Made by a program: the position numbers and the translations under genes. Source: Daphnia carinata (lineage: Eukaryota). Taken from it: 64,000 nt of DNA. This document shows positions 49,799 to 60,814 of this stretch, piece after piece. The stretch is taken from contig NC_081331.1 in assembly GCF_022539665.2 (NCBI RefSeq), forward strand, positions 13,826,001 through 13,890,000. Reading direction: 5' to 3'. The notes below the pieces were generated by a model, which saw only the letters and a program-made list of their open reading frames with translations, did not search any database and had not been told where the DNA came from. Every line of letters begins with the position of its first letter. The first letter of the stretch is position 1.

Positions 49799-50820
49799 TT
49801 AGTCTTCTCTGGATTCATGAGAATCGGGCACTTCGACGGATTCTTGTGAATCATATGGCAGCAAGACGACCACTTGTGGAGTGGATGGAGCACCGGGAGC
49901 TGGGGCAGGTGCAGGAACGGGAACTGGACCAGGGACTGGGGCTGGAGCAGGGGCCGGGACCGAGGCAGAAGGAGGAGCCGGGACTGGGGCAGGAGCAGGA
50001 GCCGGGACAGGGGCAGGAGCAGCGGCAGTGCCAGGAGCAGGAGCAGCGGCAGTGCCAGGAGCAGGGGCAGCGGCAGCGTCAGGAGCAGGGGCAGCGACAG
50101 CGTCAGGAGTAGGGGCAGCGCCAGCGTCAGGAGCAGGGGCAGCGGCAGCGTCAGGAGCAGGAGCAGCGGCAGCGTCAGGAGCAGGAGCAGCGCCAGCGTC
50201 AGGAGCAGGAGCAGCGCCAGCGTCAGGAGCAGGAGCAGCGCCAGCGTCAGGAGCAGGGGCAGCGGCAGCCTCAGAAGCTGGAGCAGAAGCAAGGACAGGG
50301 GTAGCCTCAGAAGCTGGAGCAGGAGCTGGAGTAGGGACTGGAGTAGTGGCATCAGTAGTCTCCATAGTTGGAACTAGGGTAGTTTCCGGAACTGATAGGT
50401 CAACAGTAGAAGCAATCTCCACTGGAACAGCCTGAGTGTAGGCTTGAGCAAGAGGAACCGAGGAAACATACTGAACTTGCGTAGCCGGTGCTACGACAGG
50501 AGCGAAATGAGCTGGAGCAAAAGCGTATGGAGCTGGAGCGAAGGCATAAGCGGATGCTTGATGAGTCGGAGCAATGAAATTGTATCCGAATTGCGGCACA
50601 ACTGCATCAGTTAGAGCTTGCGGATGGACAGCGTAAGCAACTGGCGTCGGACCGGCGAGGAGAGGTTCGCCAGGAATGGCGGGATACATCGGAGCAGCAA
50701 AAGCAGCGGCAGCAAACAAAGGTAGAAGAACCTGTTTAACACAAAATTTGAATAGAAAATGACATTAAAAGAGGGATCAAGTTATATTGCTAGAACATTC
50801 AACCATACCAAGAAATTCAT
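49799..50820 (-). CDS. Secreted Ala/Pro-rich protein with a tandem APAPDA(G/A)A octapeptide array. Exons 50820-50809, 50731-49799
   Basis: MNFL|VLLPLFAAAAFA signal peptide; 24-bp tandem repeats at ~50010-50290; TATAAATA at ~50892-50899. Confidence 0.88.
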
Positions 50821-53044
50821 GTTGATTTGAGCTTATGTGTTGCGATTGCAAATGCAAAGTGGATACTGCATACATTCGCATCGTTCCGTTCTATTTATAC
50901 ATACCAGACCAGGGCGGTGGTGGATGCATCTTCAGGGTGTACCCTCCCACTTTCGGTGTTGCTCTTTTTTTCTTTTTCTGCGATTGTTGTTTTTTTTTTT
51001 TTTTTTTTTTTTTTTTTCAGGCCACTTTTGCGGTGATGCGCTGCAAGAGGAAAAACGTACGAGCGCCTTCTTCATAATTTTCATGGCCAGCTCGTCTATC
51101 TTTTGTTCTCAAGGCCGAGAAGAACTGCTCAAACGTGTTTTTTTCTTTAAGTTATCACGCTAGGGTCGTTTTCACTCACGAGCTAGCACATCAACTGATT
51201 CATGTGCGCATTTATTGCAAGAATGTCGTTTGGGATAGTCTTCTTTCATTTTGACGGTCATCACCTTTATCTGTTTAGTGAAAGAGATAGACAGACGTTG
51301 ATTAGAATTTGGATGAATTCGTAATTGTTGTTCATTGTGCGTGAGCCATCGGCTCGTGCACTATCTTTAACTCACTGACTTTTCGAGTACAACTGCCGCC
51401 ATACATCTTATGTAAAAGAAGGAATACTTGATCGCAAAACAGGTATATAGCAAGACAAAAAGGGAATTCAGTTCCAGATCGCTCCAGTTCGAAAAACCAG
51501 TTTTCAGGGTAGACGCTATCCAATCCAAACTATGGAATCGATAAAAAGTTTAGGTTGCCATTTCACTAGCTCTTTCGTTACAACTTTACATATTCTAGAA
51601 GTCAAACGTACATACACACAACAAATATGACTCATTGAACCTCTCTACGGTACACATGCACTCTTCGGAAAGGTGTAATACTCTTTCACCTCCCGGTTAT
51701 TGACTTCTTTTTAAAAAAAAAAAAAAAATTAAACTAATGGGTTGATATCGTGTCTTGGCGTGCGGCTATGAATGGGTTTTGCCAAGACATTTTTTTGTTT
51801 GTCTATTTCAAGGTCAGTTCATGAGCCGTTTCTTTCCTCGTCTTAACTGCACGGTTACCTGAGGTAGTTCACCTCTTACCGTCGTATTTATGTTCACTGA
51901 CATGCGAAAAGAACGTTTCTTCTTGGAATTGAATCAAGTTCATTGACACCACGATTCTTAGCCACACCAATTGCCGTGAGGCGGAATGAAGACCGTTCCA
52001 TAAATATCGGGGCGTGTGCTGTTGAGGTGCCACTGTCACGCTGGCGAGCACGAGGAAGGTGGCTTTCATAACAATAGAAAAACAAAACTCCATGTTTGTC
52101 TAAACATTAAATAAACATAAATAAATTAAAAGGGACTTCTGGTTTGGCTTGGAGGCAATAGATAAAGTTCATTTCGTTCGAAAACCGTTAAGTTGCCTTG
52201 GAATTGCACAGGAGGGACTTCCGTATCAGTCACGGTCACAATGACAACCTAATTGCAAAACGCGTATAGACTAACGTTTCTCGTTTTCTTGATGAAATTG
52301 CAAAATGAAATATCTTGCAAGCTCAGCACAGTTGTTACTCTGCACATAAAATGCAAATTTAAACAAAAAACTGGAAGGCGAATCGGTCAAGTTGGGTTGG
52401 TCGTCTGGCCATATAAAACATTAAAGGACAGGTTCTTCGTTCATTGTCAGTACACGTTAATGTGCAAAAATAGTTACGGTACCCTGACCGTGAATTTTTG
52501 CACTCCCAGCTTTAAATTCACCTCTGAAATATTCAGACATTTTTATTAAATTTGAAAAAAAATGGAGGGCGGGTGCGTGAATTCACGCACGCCCGATTCC
52601 CGATTGACGGCCAAACAACCTCACGAGGTCATTGTTCTTGGTATTGTGCCGTTCCACGAAAACAAGTTGACCGTTATTTTTGATTATTCCGTTCCTTTTC
52701 TACGTTTGCTGTAAGGCAATACCGGAATTCATTTAATTAACATTCACGTTAGTCCTGAAATCATTGAAATTCTTTTCATTTATACAGTTTCTGTAATTGA
52801 ATTCAATATTCACCAATTTTTAGAGCATTTGAAGTTGAGCAGATAAATAGAGTGTATTCACACTTTCTTACATTTAGTTCAATAAATAAACATTTGCATC
52901 TGCGAGGTTATGGAACCGTATACAGCATACGTATCAAACAACCTCTATCAAATCATTTTAATAACATAAAAAAAAACCGAGCGAATATAGCGTTAAACTA
53001 AGAATTAGCAGGGCGCTAAGGGACGTTACGCTCGGCTGATTTAC

Positions 53045-53830
53045 TTATTCATCGGCGAATGATACAGGAATGATGACACCGGGTTGTTTTTGTGTTTCGG
53101 ATAACATGCGACTTTTCTTCACGTCGATTCGAATGGGAGGGTACTGACGCCCGGATCTGCTGGAAACTGTCGGGACGTTTACATGGGGACACTCAGGATT
53201 GATGAGGCAAAGGATAAGATTCCATCTCCAAATCCACTGGGCCATTTGAAATTCGGCGATTTTTACTAGATTATTAGTCGATTTAAGCTGGGCACGTTTG
53301 TTGCCGACAGTCTCAAACACATCGATGTCATCCGCTACGAGCTGGTGAGGGGCCATCATCTCCCGGTGTTGCATTTCTTCGTCCAAATCGTCAATGCGGA
53401 ATTCGGGCGGATAGCCGCGGAAAGGGGCAGGCGCAGGAGCAGAGGCAGCGGCAGAGACACGTACAGGGGCAGGCGTAGGGGCCCAGGGATGGTGTTCCGG
53501 AAAGGCTACCGTAGGACACGACACATCGAGCATGCAAATCAGAATAAACCATTTTCTGCGTAGTTGCTTCAGTTGCCAGGAAGCAACTGACTGAGTGGTG
53601 GTCGTTGCCGAATCAATAAAGTCTGGTAAATTCCTTCGAGCCTCTGGTGTATATCCGACCGGATATCCATAGTTCATCAGATAGCTGTACGCAGGTGCAT
53701 TAGGGTATGCGGGGATGGCCACCACGGCGGCAATAATTAAGGAAAGTAGAACCTTAACACAACCAAATTTTCACGGTTAATGTGTGAAATTGATTTAGTA
53801 CAAGTTACATAAACTTACCAAGACGTTCAT
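53045..53830 (-). CDS. Secreted protein with two W-x4-C-x5-C-P-x-V motifs. Exons 53830-53819, 53752-53045
   Basis: MNVL|VLLSLIIAAVVA signal peptide; motifs WFILICMLDVSCPTVAFP and WNLILCLINPECPHVNVP; TATAAATA at ~53913-53920. Confidence 0.85.
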
Positions 53831-55759
53831 GCTGATATCTTTCGTGTGTCTTGAGATTCAACTGGAACAATGCTTCGATGAGTTCTGAAGATCTTGAGGA
53901 GTAAACGTGTTTTATTTATACGTAGCAGGTCGAGTCATTGGTCGAGGCAAAAACGAGTTTAATAAATGCCATCCGCAATTCGTAAAGAGAGCAAGCGCAC
54001 CTTTTATAAAAGGTGATGTGCTCCCATCTTTTTTCTTGAAAAAAGGAATTCCAAATTACGTGGTCTGGATAAGATTCTTGATCATCTGTTGTGGCCTCCG
54101 GTGTTATTTGCCACCTCGTCCATATTTTTTTTTTGTAATTATCGCAAACGAATTTAGCCGTAAACCAGTTCAGTTGTAATGCGCGATTAACGTCCAACCT
54201 GGGTGATACGACGAGTTTCAGAAGAAATCGCTTTGAAGGGCATCGAAATAAATTGTGATTGACATCTCGTTTATTTCTAATGGAGTGTTATTTAATTGCA
54301 TTTAACCCAGAATTTTAACGTTTTAAAATAACGGATTTCTGTTGGAGATTGTTGAACCCAACATGTCTGATCGAAATGATGGATGATGTGATCTAACCTT
54401 TGCGACCACCAGCAAGGCCCATAGGAAAAGAAAAAAACAGGATTTGCAATGCAAATTTGTGCGGTTCGTTTGCCATCTGATACACTTGCCAATGGGGAAA
54501 ATTGTCCTACCAACTATTTATGTTTACCAGTTTGTAGATCATAAGAGAAGCTGGAAGCTTTTTTCTTCACTTTGATTGTCGGAACTACGATACCTCCAGG
54601 ATGAGCAAACCTTCCATTACTGTCATATTCCTTCATATGTTTTTTTGTTTTTTTTTCTCCTTAAAGATATCTGAGTTGCACATCTGGCAATCAGGTTTAA
54701 AGTGTTAACCAAACTCATTAAAGCTGAGAAAGAACGTCAGTCATTGGTCAACGATGATTGCTGCAATCGGCGTATGCGTATCATGGAGTGATTAGTAGAT
54801 CCGAGAAACTGATTGAATTCCAACCAATTATGTTTGCGAATTCTTTTTGAGTGTCGTTATTTGATCATATGAACTGATTCAACTCCAACAATCTCAATGT
54901 TTCAAAAAACTTAATTTTGGATGGAAGTCTACATTGGTTTATCAGCAATTACGAATTGCTAAAACAATCGACACGTAACTTCTTGAATTCTAAACGCAAT
55001 CCTGAAAATAAGTTCGAGATAGATGACAACTAGTCTAACCATAATAGAATAACTGAGAAAGTAATGAAGCCCATATGTTTTGTACGTGGATGATTGAATC
55101 ATCACTGGCTCACTTCTGAGAACAGGCGTCTCCTAATATATTTTACATTTATCGGGCACTAATCGAAGAATCGGATTGCACTAGCTGACCGAGTGTTCGA
55201 TTCGCAACTCATCTCATCGCTAACGTACAACTCCTCTTCCTGAATTTTTTCAAGGCTTCTCTTTTAAAATTACAGTAAGCAAATTTAACACGAAAAGAAA
55301 GTGCCATAAGGGAAATCGTTCAAAGAATTTGTCAAGGGAACTTTGAAGCCGACAGTTATAACTACGTGACGAAGGATGCCTCATTTTCACGTTCCAGTGC
55401 TGTTACACACGTTGTAACGGATTAGCTTTAGTTGGCTTACCTCCGCCAACTTGTTCAAGAGGGATTCAACGTGATTGATCACCTTATTCAGTTATTAGCC
55501 GTGTGTATTCTTGCGCGCCTTCATAGCTATAGGGATTCATATGCCAAAACAAGTTCCTTGGACCGTTGTAAAACTAGTTAAATTATTGTAAAAACAAATG
55601 TGGTATAAGAAAATAGTGCAGCTGAATACGTTTGTTTTTCATAACACAAGGCGCTGCCAAATATATTTCCAATCACCTGAAACATTAACCGTTAATGGAA
55701 CAGCATATAAACAGAAATAGATTAAATAAATAGCTCAACGAAACATCATCGGCATCAGC

Positions 55760-56355
55760 TCATAGAAATTGATCTGCATAGGGACCGGGGTATCGGTGAG
55801 TTACCACAGGGAACTCGCGAAGCGAATTTGGTCGAACAATATTAGTTGGCAAAAGATTGCCTAGCTGCTCGGCAAAGGTTTGAAAAACATTCGGTTGATT
55901 GTTGGTTGGGTTGTTCAGAAGTTGCTGGATTAATGTCATTAACCTATTGGGTGCAGGAAGGGTCGACACTGCGACAGCTGGCGGCAACGTGACAGTAGGG
56001 CAACTGGAATCCACAAGGCAATTCATTAAGTTCCAAAATGCAGCCGTATTTTGAGTATGAATATTGCCCAATCCTAAAATTGTTTGTTGAGCAAGCAAGA
56101 TAGGTAAAGGTACACCCCCTTGACGCGCTTGGACGCCATAATTAAACGGAATTTCAACAGGATAATTTGCGGGATACTGGATCGGATAATTCAGCAGGTA
56201 GGTGCTCGCAGGATTCCTCGGATAGAGTGAGGCTGCAGTTGCGACAGCAACGAATAGAGGTATAAGGACCTTCGAACGAAAATGAACGGGTGTTAGCTTC
56301 CGCTGTGATTGATAATTTGCAATGAATGTTAAAATATACTCACGATAGAGTTCAT
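55760..56355 (-). CDS. Secreted protein with one W-x4-C-x5-C-P-x-V motif, paralog of 53045-53830. Exons 56355-56344, 56269-55760
   Basis: MNSI|VLIPLFVAVATA signal peptide; YPRNPASTYLLNYP N-terminus; WNLMNCLVDSSCPTVTLP; TATAAAAA at ~56415-56422. Confidence 0.83.
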
Positions 56356-57111
56356 GATGACCGCCTGGGTGTTGACTGGTTTAGCTCTGAGCAGAAAAAG
56401 GTGTCTACTTGTTGTTTTTATACTTACCTGAAGTCAGGTAAGTCGTTGCTCCTGAAAGACAAAAACGAGTTTTGATAAAGCAACGAGTTTATCCTACAGC
56501 TATTGTTAGTTTTGAAGAATCCTTCTATAGATTAGATTTTGATTTCTCCTCTTGAATCCTCATCTAGGGTGTAACCAGCGATGCATCTGCATATCCAAAT
56601 GCCTTCCTATGATGCGTTTGTGATTTGTTATTGTTCAATTGCTGTTTGATATTGTTCGTTTCCATTTCTGGACAGGCCTAATTTTAAAATCATACAATAG
56701 ATTAAATAGAATAATGAAGTTAAGACGCTATTCCGTCACCACATCAAATTCTTCGTAGTGTAGAGGGGATTTCCTTAATTGGCAAACCGGTCATGAGCTC
56801 CGCCTTAATGGGCATTGGAGTTCGGCCAGGTTGCCGACGAACATTACGGATACTTGCTAAAAAAAAAACAACGATGCAACGCCGAAAGATATGCCAAGGA
56901 AATCATAGCTAAAAATGACACGCAGGCATTACCGTACGCAAAAAACAATACTACACGTATGTCACCTTACACAACAACTCGACTTGGCTTTTAAACAACG
57001 AACTAGATGCAAGAGAGTAATGACTAACAACGAAAAAGGAGGCGCTTGACAAGCAAAAAAAAAAATAGCGTGGTTCGAATTTGCTAAAAAATAAAGCGTT
57101 AAACAATACAT

Positions 57112-57320
57112 TAACAAAGATTCGAACCTTTGAAATCAGTAGCGCAGACGCGAACTATGCCACAGCGCCATACTTCAACTACACGTATTATCTACATAAG
57201 CTGCCTATATGAAGAGGTGACATCTCAAGCTAAAGTTGTTTTGAATGTGCGGTCCTGGCACAGTGGTTATCACCCACGCTTTGTATTCTGTTGGTCCCGG
57301 GTTCAAGTCCCGCAACATCC
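57112..57320. pseudogene. Two back-to-back degenerate tRNA-like (A box/B box) units
   Basis: Minus strand ~57115-57175: TGGCGCTGTGG...GGTTCGAATC. Plus strand ~57250-57320: TGGCACAGTGGTTATCAC...CGGG-TTCAAGT-CCCG. Cloverleaves are incomplete. Confidence 0.45.
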
Positions 57321-60300
57321 AATTTCCAAGCCCTCCATTCCCTCCCGCCCCGCCCCCCTCCCACCCACCCACCATCGTCATCATTCAAGATTCTTCACAA
57401 CGTATTCGCAAGATTCTTCATCTCATCGGATTGCGCAAGATTCTACGGGACATCTTCAAGAGAAGAAGAAGAAAGAAGAGCCATGCCTACTATAATGGGG
57501 CTAAAAATGGCACCACGCTAAAAAACACACACACACACACACCTACACGACAAAAAACACGCTTACAGACGTTTCACATCGATCTGTAGTACCGTTCACT
57601 ACACGTTAAAGATCGACCCACAAACTGAAGGGTAGAGAAGAGGTGATCGTAGAACGTAGGTTGTTCGTAGGACTCCCCATGGCCTGAAAGACGGTTCGTG
57701 GATGCAGGCAGCTAATCATCGGGATATGTGACCCTCTTCGATACCCGTAAGTTTTTTTTTTTTTGTTGATATTATTTGAGTATAACAGTGCAGCTAATCG
57801 ATTTATAGTAGCGTTCACTGTTAATTGACTTACTGTACTGTAATACAATGCTGTACTGTACTGTAATATATCAGCTTACCTGCAGTTGTTAATGATGCGA
57901 TTGAACACAGCGCTGAGTTTCCTTTGAATACAAAGAGGCACTGAAGCAGCAACTGGAACCTGATAATGTTGTCACATTCCAAAGCTCGTCTCTAACTCGA
58001 CAGATGGACTAATTGCCTATAACGTTGCGACATGGCGCAATGAGGGGCGGGGGCACCATCGTGAAAATGTTTTCGGGTAATAAATCGGGGAGAAGACACG
58101 CGCACGAATGACGTGCTTTCATCAGTATGCACGCACAAATCACTCCTGGTTTCTTTTACGGGACATCAGGCAACAGTGACCGCAAACTTCTCTTGGCTGG
58201 TTTTTTAAAATGTCCAATAAAGCACAAATTGCCACTGCAATGATTGGGTAGTTCATATTACCGAAGAGAAATAACGACGTTATTGCAGATTGCCAAATTT
58301 TGCGTCTGTTTTCCCTTCTATAACGCTCATTTGAGTTTTCGAAATTTGAAAATCAAATACCTTCGGATGTCGTCCGCAACGCAATCTACTGGCATTACGT
58401 GGCGTGACTTGAAAATTCGGTCATCTCGAGAGCGAGAGAAAGTGCAAAAGCTAAGAAGAAAACAAAACAAGAAAAAAAAAAAAGGGTTCGGCATGATATA
58501 GGGAAAATGATGATGATGATGACACTTGCACTTTTCGACATGGTGAGGGTCTTTTCAACGTGACATCAGTGAAAGGAGCGTCTGGAACGATAACATCGGC
58601 AGTGAACTCCAAATGAGCTCAACGTCCATGAACTACATATTCCTGAGACTGCGAGTCGAAATGTTTCAACGCAAACCTTGATTTTAAATCCAGTTGAAAA
58701 TGATGAGAATCGATATAATATATACTTACAGTTCGTTAGCATTAAACAACAAATGAAAGTTGAGCATTCTTGAGAATATCAAAGCTGAAAACGTGACCTG
58801 ACTTTGTCGGCCAATCGGTTCACGTTCGAACGGTGCTTGTTATTACCCGCCTGTATGTATAGACATTGTAAAACGACACGACGTGCCTGATTAGCATATA
58901 ACTTAAACATGGTCCTAGTAACAAATTATATACAGGCAATGTTTGTTTGTTTTTTTTTCCTCGGCTATCCATCATATATTTTCCATTCACGTTGAAAATT
59001 TTCAACACGATTCGCTTCTCATCGTTCACAATCAATTTTAAACTTGTAATTCTGAACGAAAGACTGGCAATTAACGTTTGTTCCTCATAGTTGTACTGTT
59101 TATATCGTTCTGTGTACCTGCAGTAGGCTAAGTTGTTTGTTTAATTTAGAAAACGTTTAGAGTTGGATTAAGTTTCAAAACGATTTCTTGAACATACATT
59201 TGGTCGTATTTACCAACAGTTTTCTTTTATCTCGTTCCTTAAATTTTTTTACTGCAGCCGCGTGCGTTCGGGACAAAGCTTTCGCGAGTTGAAGTGGAGA
59301 AACTGTGAAACGGGAGAAACAACTAGAAAATGAGCGAAAAAAAAAGATAGTCAAATAAAAAGGCTACGTGTGAATGCAACACAGAAATAATAATAATGAA
59401 AAAAAAAAAAAAAAGGAAAACAAAACGTGATTATGCATTAAGCAGACGTTGCGGTACTGGTGATGCGCACGTTTCGATATCATTAGAGAGATTGGCCGGA
59501 ATCCGTTGCAAGCGTGACTCGAGCGTTAATGATGAAAACGACACAGCCATCTCCGTTTGTTGTTGGCAGTTCGTGTGTGCAGTTATTTTTCATCCTCTCC
59601 ACAAAATCGCTTGTGGGTTTGTGCACAGCCAGGCTCTAAAAAGACCAAAGATTAAAAAAGAACTTTCTCTGCTAGTTACATCTGCTACAACAGTCGCGGA
59701 TCTTAAGACGATCGTGATGGCTGTTTTTTGGTCTTCCCTCGAATTCCCATCCAAACAGGAACAAAACGAAGAATGAGTAAAAACTGAAAGCGTCGTCACT
59801 GTTTAAGAAAACAAAGGGAGAAAGGGGAAAGAATGAATTGCTTGATTTCAAGTACAAACACAGATAAAATATTGGCATTTATTTTTACCTCTTGTTTAAT
59901 AATGGCCTCCTCCGTAATGCAGCCTGGAGGATCTCCAAGGTGGGTGGGAAATCGGTGATCCAATGATCCAGAAAACGTTTCACAAGAGTTAACGATAAAC
60001 CGGTCATCTCTCTGCGTGATGCAGTTTTAACGACGCATTCTTCTCGCTTTTTATAGAATAACGAAATGTTATAACGACCTGTGTGAATCTCTGGCGGATA
60101 TTCACAAGCAATATGCACGTGTTCGATAACTGCTAACGTTTTCTCACACTCTATTTTGTGTGCCCTTGAACGCGGTTTCGAATTGATTGTCCTAACAAAA
60201 TCAGGTCACATTTGGTACAGTAGAGTTTAATATAGCAATTCACGTTCGTATATTTTTATACATTTTTCTTTTCCATTTCTGCATAATGTTTTGTATACAA

Positions 60301-60814
60301 ATGTGCTAATACTATTTAGAAAATAATAAAATACTGTACTGGTTAAAGAGAAACACAAAATGAATGTTGAGCCGGAAAAATAGAAACGAGCAAAACGACA
60401 AATTTCATTCATCATCGCTCAAAAAATATGGAAATGGGTTTCAACATGAGCTAATCGAATCATTGCGTTTAATAAATCAAAAGAAAATTGAATACCAGCG
60501 AGACAAAAATAAAAAAACGAAATATTGAGTTAGTAGAAAAGACTACGTGTTGTTATTTTTCTATCAGAATTGTATTTGCATCGTAAGGATTGAAGAATAC
60601 GCAAAGGTTTTTTTATTATTACACACCCATATATACAGCCGACAAGTCACTTAAAGATAATTAGAGCTTTACATCGTCAAACCTCATCACAGATGGTACT
60701 GTGGATTTTGTTTTTCACACCCTCTCATCGCCCCTTTCCTTTGCATTTCTTTAATTCTACATATCTTTAATACGAAATCACTAGTCCTACCATCAGTACC
60801 ACCAGACACCACCA

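Noticed and set aside
49774..50435. Leu-rich, QE-rich, RS-rich and GA-rich ORFs in alternative frames
   Set aside because: By-products of the 24-bp coding minisatellite of the minus-strand gene
53045..53830. Assignment to the CPCFC family on C-x5-C spacing
   Set aside because: It lacks the YPAGV/CPNYPYC context that defines CPCFC
56420..56432. ATACTTACCTG matching the U1 snRNA 5' end
   Set aside because: The downstream sequence does not resemble U1 stem-loops or an Sm site
57600..60790. Numerous short ORFs and simple repeats (TACTG, A/T runs)
   Set aside because: Low-complexity intergenic or 3' UTR sequence with no coding signature
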